Shown: positions 57,825 to 64,000 of the stretch, piece after piece
Numbering within the stretch: the first letter of the stretch is position 1
How the letters are laid out: each line of letters begins with the position of its first letter
Assembly (NCBI RefSeq): GCF_006345805.1
Contig: NC_043001.1
Span: 64,976,001 to 65,040,000, forward strand
Reading direction: 5' to 3'
DNA length: 64,000 nucleotides
DNA from: Octopus sinensis
Lineage: Eukaryota
Translations under genes and position numbers: made by a program
The notes under the pieces: model-generated
The model's database searches: none
Seen by the model: the letters and a program-made list of their open reading frames with translations, nothing else
Told to the model about the DNA's origin: nothing

Positions 57825-60800
57825 GTTCTCTATTTACAATATTTGACAAGTCAAAAGATGACAGAACATCTGGTATATTGATGTATTTCAAAGATGATGC
57901 TTCATCAGTCGAAACTTCAGTGAATTTGTTTTCTAGTTTTACACAAGCTCAAACCAAATCATTCCTTCAGCAATATCAACTTGAAGTTCTTCTTAGTCCT
58001 TCTAGTTCTTCTTATTTCCAGTCTAGTTCATCTATTTTACTTTCCTCAAATAATTTACAAACCAATGGGCCCTCAATTTCTTTGGCATCGTCTTTAGTTA
58101 CAGCTTGTCTTTCAATTTCTATGTTTAACAGTCTTACTGCCAATATTGAAGACCCTAATAATTTACATTCCATTGGAATATCACAAACTGAATTTGTATC
58201 TGAAGGTGACAGCTCCATTTCAGATATGTTTAATCCATATTTCCAACCACTTGATAACTTTTTTCCTGTATCTAATTCCTTGTTACTGGATTCAACTAGC
58301 CAAATATTGAAATCTATTTTAGCACTAGAAAATTTAAATGATTCTATGGCATTAGAAAACTTTCCTGTTCTCAAAATGAAACCATTAATGAAGGAGCAGA
58401 ACATCAACCAAAGTAAATTTGATTCACAGATCTATACCATTTCTACTGGAGTCAGTTCTTTAAATATTAACAGCAGACTATTGAATATAAATACTAGTTA
58501 TGTATATAGTTTTAAACAACAGCCACACACTCAAATTAATTCAGACTCTCCATTTGATGAAATGATGTCAGAATCACAAATATTTTCATCATCATTTGCT
58601 TTGAAATCATCACAGCCTTATATATCCCCTATTTTTCAAACTACAAGTAAACTTCTCTCAGAGACGCAAACTCGATCAGATTTTGATCTTAATGCAAAAC
58701 AATATTTTACTCAGAAGAATTTTTATTCTTTATCTACATTGAAAGATCTTATAACCAAAAAGTCTGGCTCTACTGAGACAGAGAATCTCCACGGCGCTCT
58801 AATAATTTATTCTACCCAACAAATGCTATGGGCTAATTCTAAGACAGAAAGTATGTCACCATATAAATGTGATCAAACTAAACTATTTGTTCTCCATCCT
58901 TCACAATCACAAATATCTCAAATAGATGAAATAGAAAGTCTGTATCCAATCAATAAAAATCAAATATTCTTATACAATGACCATTTCTTGGGATCTTTTC
59001 AAAGTGCAATATCCCAGAGTTATTTGAGCCCATTTAAACATTTTACCACAAATGAGAGACCATTTTCTGATTTGAAGTTCTCTCTATCAGGAAATACTTT
59101 TGCCTCAGTGAATGATCCAGCTTCTTCCACTTTTAGAAGACCTATTACTAATTCATTGGAATCTAATTCATTACATCAGCCAAAATTTATCAAACTAACC
59201 ATATCTCAGTTGATCTCAGCTTATTTTGATGAATCTCAAATACATTTTGATAGTAAAGAGCTTTTATATATGGCAACTGCTGCTGCCATTTCTGAAATAC
59301 CTCAACAACAAGCAAAATGGTTAAGCAACTCTTTCAATTTTCAGAAATCTTTTCACAATAATTTGTATCAGTCTATCATACCAATGTCTCATTTTAACGA
59401 TAATCAATCATTACTACCATCATTAAAGTCTGAAATTTGGGATGTATCTAATGAATTTTGGAAATCAAAACTTGAGCCAGTGATAATGAAATCACCTGAA
59501 GCTAATCTTTTTGGCTCTAATAGTGATAATTTAGTTCCAACTTTGAGACATCGAACAACAGATATTGTAAATCCTACCCAGAGCATGTTACAATATTTCT
59601 TGGAGAATTTGTATACAGAATCTATGACAATAGATGAATTTGATACAAAAGAATCTCCTCACTTATCAAATACAGAAATATTGGAACCATCTGAGGCTGT
59701 GAGTTTAGTTAATGTTGAGGACCTTTTATTGAGGACCTTACAAAATATTTTCCCATCATTTGTGTCTTTAGGAAAAACTAATACAGACACTTCCTTTACT
59801 TCATCTTCAGAAGAATTATTTCATTTACTAAATTCAGGTCTTTCATTTCATACTCAACCTTCTCACAGCATGGAACTTTTACAACCATCTACTCACACAT
59901 ACATTCCTATTACTGATTTATCTGAACTATCTTTAGCTTCTTCACAGATTCAAATGCCATTAAGTTTTCAAAGTCCAGTTAATTTTGATCTTATGAACAA
60001 ATTTTCTTCACCTAATATGATCTTTTACTCAGATTCTGAACAAATATTGCAAACCTCTCCTGAAAATTTCCAACCATCTCTTACTATGACCAAATCAAAT
60101 GTCTTCAGTGAGGGGCATGATAGTTATGTTTATGATAGCTTACGCTCAAAATTGGAAATTATTACAGCACCAAAAGATTCATTTGATAAAACTCAGAGTT
60201 ATTCCAATCATGTTATTTCCAGCCATATTCCAGAATTAATTGATTCATATTCAAGTTCTTCAACTTTAGAAATACCTGAAAATATTTATTTCTCTAAGTC
60301 TTTATTACCTCTAACATCATTGAAGAACTTAATTAGTACATCATTAACTCCTGAAGTAATTTATTCAAATCCTTTTCTGCCTAATTCCATTCAGTTTGAT
60401 GATCCAAAATTTTCACTATATTCTCTTGAAATAATTGAAATATCTTCTATGATTGATCAGTTTACACAAGAATTGCCATTGATTACGCCTCCAGTTTTTG
60501 GAAATACCATAGAATCAAATTTCAAATATTCTCCAACAACATCTACTTCCTCACAAAGTTCAGATTTCATTAGTTCCACAGAAAATGGAAATACTTCCAT
60601 ATTGGCATCATCCTACTCCAGTAATTCAGTGAATCCTGTTTATGATTCTTCAATGATAAATGTTGCTGTCACCAATTTTACCATGCATAATAGTTTGGTA
60701 TCAACCTTACATTCTGACATTGACTATCAACTGGAATCTATATATTCATCATCAGAATCTGTTTATCTATATTCGTCTCAGATACCACTGTTTGTGTTGT

Positions 60801-61238
60801 CAAGTTTTATTAGTGAAGATAAAGAATCAAACCATTTAATTCCAGAATTTAGTTATCTGTATTCATCTCAGACATCTATGCTTGTATCATCAAGTTTTAT
60901 TAGTAAAGATAATTCAAACCCGAAATCTTCCTCAAATATATCTAATTCTAGTTTATTCACTTCAAGTAATTTAACACTTTCATCCAAACAAATGGCAACT
61001 TTGTTGATATCAAATTATACTTTAGCATCAATTAATACCAATACTTCAACAAAACAGGAGTCATTGAATAATAATAACTCTGAAACAAAGAGAATTTCAA
61101 ATCTTTTGACTGCTACAGAAAGTAGTTCCATGCAAAAAACTGAATTTTATGTTTCTACTTCATCTGTATTGGAAATGTCTTCTCGAAACATGCAGCTCAA
61201 CAACAGCCTTTATTTTCAACATTTTTGGATTGTTACAA
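57825..61238 (+). CDS. Giant internal exon (3414 nt, 1138 codons, phase 1-1) encoding a Ser/Thr-rich mucin-like extracellular stalk; parent gene unidentified
   Basis: Polypyrimidine acceptor ctttctctttcttttcag|G at 57824/5, in frame with the 1154-aa ORF; donor ACAA|GTAAGC at 61238/9; two Cys inside the exon; many N-x-S/T sequons in the last third; no TE motifs. Confidence 0.8.
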
Positions 61239-62350
61239 GTAAGCCAATTTTAGTGATATTTCTATTTTTATTTGGTCACACAAAATACTTTACTGTTCTG
61301 TGTCTTTCACATTCTTCCAATATATATATATATATATGTTAATGTCTTATTTATACTCAGAAATATGGTAGATGCTGCTAATGATGATGATAATGACAGT
61401 GATGGTGATGATATGATTCTCATTGCTGAATCTGTTGAAGCATTGCTGTATAAAGAAAGCAAAACATGAAGTTTGGTTTATTTTCTTGGGTCTGAGTGTC
61501 AACATGTCAAATACTAAACTTAATATCAGTAACATGGAGTATGGCACTGCATGGACCTTGGCAGATATGTAATACAGGAGATGGTAATCTTGTTTAATTC
61601 TGTTGTGATTTTCTTTCTGTTTATTTTGTTTCCTCAAAGATTTTCCATTTGGTGGCCAGCTTGGAGTTCCTAAAATATCTAATCTGTAAGACCCAATTAA
61701 AACATATGTTGCTGACCCACCAAATTTGTTGAATTACCATTTTTTAATTGTATTAACTTGTTCTGAACTGCCCCACCATCTTAGGCGCTTTCATGCAGAG
61801 CTTTGTTTCCTTTCCTTATAACTACTTTTGTTAATCTCTTTCTCTTTTCACTTTTGCTGCTGTTTCTAGCACAGTGAGTATCTCTATAGATACTACCACA
61901 TTGGCACATTTTTAGCAGGTCTCTTTTTATTGGTTTGTAGGTTTTTGATGTGAACAAAAACCATTGTTCTTCCTCTATAGGGAAGTCTGTGAATCGGTCT
62001 GTTAAGGTTTCTAATAGAATCTAAAAGAACTGTGGCTTAAAGATAATGTAGCAGCGCAGAACCTCAAACACTGGAGGTATTTAGATATTGTTCATGATTA
62101 ATAACTACTCTGAGTAAAGCTATATGTAAGCCATGTTTAAAAAAGGGACAACCTTGAAAAAATGATTATTTTCAGGGAAGAAATTATTATTTATGATTCA
62201 ATAAAATTATGAATATTATAATTGATGTATATGTGTGTAAATCCACTGAAATTCTGAAGTTCACAACTGATTTTCTCCAAACTGGGAACTTGGTTGCTTG
62301 TTGGTTCAAGGGACAGGACTCTTGATGATATCTTTTTCTACCACTATATA

Positions 62351-63265
62351 TTGGGTCATTCCATAAATAATATGTTTTCTTATACTTCTTTTATTTTTCA
62401 AAATTATAAGATAAATAAAGTTCCTTTTTAATCTAAAATGTACTCTCCTTAATTTTCTGCAATGTTCTTCCATTTATCTGGTAGACTTGCAAAGCCCCTC
62501 TTCCAAAATTCACTTGTCCATGATTAAAAATACTCTTCCAGTACTGTTCTGACCTCATCTACAGAATTCATATTTTTTCTGTCCAAATGATTTTGAAGAG
62601 TGCAGAATAAATGATAATCAGAAGGGGCAATGTCCAGCAAATATGGTAGGTGGGGCATTGTTTCCCATTCAAACTGCTCCAACCTTTGGAATGTCATCCT
62701 TGCTGTATGTGGCTGAACATTATCCTGATGGAAGAACACCTTTTGTCTTGAAACCAAAAGATGGTCGTTTTCCAATGGCATGCAGGTGTCAATGAATGGT
62801 TGAATGACCAAATCCAAGCTTCTCTGCTCGTTCCTCAACAGTTACAATGGAATTTTGTTCCACCAGGGTTTGTTAGGATGTCCTCATCAAGCTCTACAAA
62901 TCTTCCAGGACAAGAATCATCTTCTAGGCTTGGAATTTCTGGAACAATCATTGACATTGGCTTACCCTTATTGTCCAATTCCCATATACTGCATTAATAT
63001 TCCTCACACTTTCCATTGCATTGTTGCCTTTATTGAACTCATAGAGCAAAATATGCTGAATATGCTCTTTTGTCACTTCCATTATAGCTTTGAAAAAATA
63101 AGTGTTAAAATTGAACTGCAATCTTCAAAATTTGCACTAAGAATAAGTACAAGGTAAAATTACTACCTGTTTTTATAGTAAGCTGATGCAGATAGTTTAT
63201 CCCATCCCCCTCCAACTTTTAGTGCATGTGATTGAAAAAATTGCATTATTTATGGGATGACCCAA
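62351..63265 (-). mobile_element. Internally deleted mariner with both TIRs
   Basis: TA|ttgggtcattccataaataa ... ttatttatgggatgacccaa|TA; VFFHQDNVQPH..HLPYLLDIAPSDYHLF. Confidence 0.9.
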
Positions 63266-63499
63266 TATTATGACTTTTCTCTACTGATCTGTTATGGAGC
63301 TGAATTGATGCTGCTTTCCAGTGATTGATAGTTATCTGAATTTACTGCCAGTCAACAGTTTTTGTAGCAATTACGGAATTCAGATGGTTCTGAGATTTTA
63401 CTACTCTAGCAAAGCTGTTATCAAATTGTATTACAGTAGCCAGTAGTTGTTCATATGTTCTAATGCTAACAAAATGACAGACCTAGGAAACAGAACATT

Positions 63500-63716
63500 T
63501 GTGGTTGCATGGTAAGAAGTTAGCTTCACAACCACATGGTTCCAGGTTTAGTCCCACTGTGTGACACCTTGGGCCGACCAAAGCCTTGTAAGTGGATTTG
63601 GTAGATGGAAACTGAAAGAAGGTCAATGGATGGATGAACGATGGATAGATGGATGGGTGGACAGACAGACAGATGGCCACAGTCAAGTGACTGAAACAAG
63701 TAAAAGATAAAGGATA
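63500..63716 (+). mobile_element. CORE-like SINE family 1 with internal deletions
   Basis: ccacatggttccaggtttagtcccactg, gtggatttggtagatggaaactgaaagaag, gactgaaacaagtaaaag. Confidence 0.8.
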
Positions 63717-64000
63717 AAATATATACTCTCCAATACTGAAAAATTGTACAAAATATACCAGAATCAGCAATAAAACAAACATGCAAATTGACTAAATATT
63801 ATTTCTCATATAGATATGTCCAACTATGAAGAAAGTTTTAAATCCTTTCATTAGGCAGGCTTTTGATCTCTGCCTCACAAGGCATTAAAACTTCAGCACT
63901 TCAGAAGAAAAAGAGGAATTCTGGTTTAAGCACCCCATATAACCCCTCATATTTTTTTTATTTTTTGGAATTTTCAGAAAATTTTTGTGAATTTGTGTTC

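Noticed and set aside
57878-61342. Single-exon gene as given by the ORF track
   Set aside because: The track start is TTG, the frame is open back to a strong acceptor, and the hydrophobic tail after 61238 lies beyond a consensus donor and runs into (TA)n.
61272-61469. Host exon with an acidic stretch (GDDMILIAESVEAL)
   Set aside because: Looks like a (GAT)n tract plus a decayed RT fragment (ADDLALIAES).

Overview
AT-rich, microsatellite-dense eukaryotic DNA. The SINE and LINE families suggest an octopod cephalopod; this is inferred from repeat content only. There is one 100-N gap (38563-38662). Most of the window is nested transposable elements. Retroelements: an apparently full-length RTE LINE with an open ~1035-aa APE-RT ORF, a PHD-like C4HC3 finger and an 11-unit hairpin VNTR in its 3' UTR; several truncated RTE copies; a decayed L1/Tx1-clade element lying tandemly in (GATA)n with a CR1 inserted in it; Penelope (GIY-YIG) and Gypsy remnants; tRNA-derived SINEs. 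DNA elements: an intact Merlin/IS1595-type transposase ORF without visible TIRs, mariner and pogo remnants, mariner-derived foldbacks, a 9-bp-TSD MITE, and non-autonomous or composite Helitrons. Several degenerate minimal hammerhead-ribozyme motifs and a ~2-kb inverted repeat are also present. The only convincing host coding sequence is a 3414-nt, phase 1-1, Ser/Thr-rich exon on the + strand (57825-61238) of an unidentified gene. No CRISPR, rRNA or true tRNA genes are supported. Most short ORFs in the track are microsatellite or antisense artefacts. Family names come from motif recognition, not database searches.
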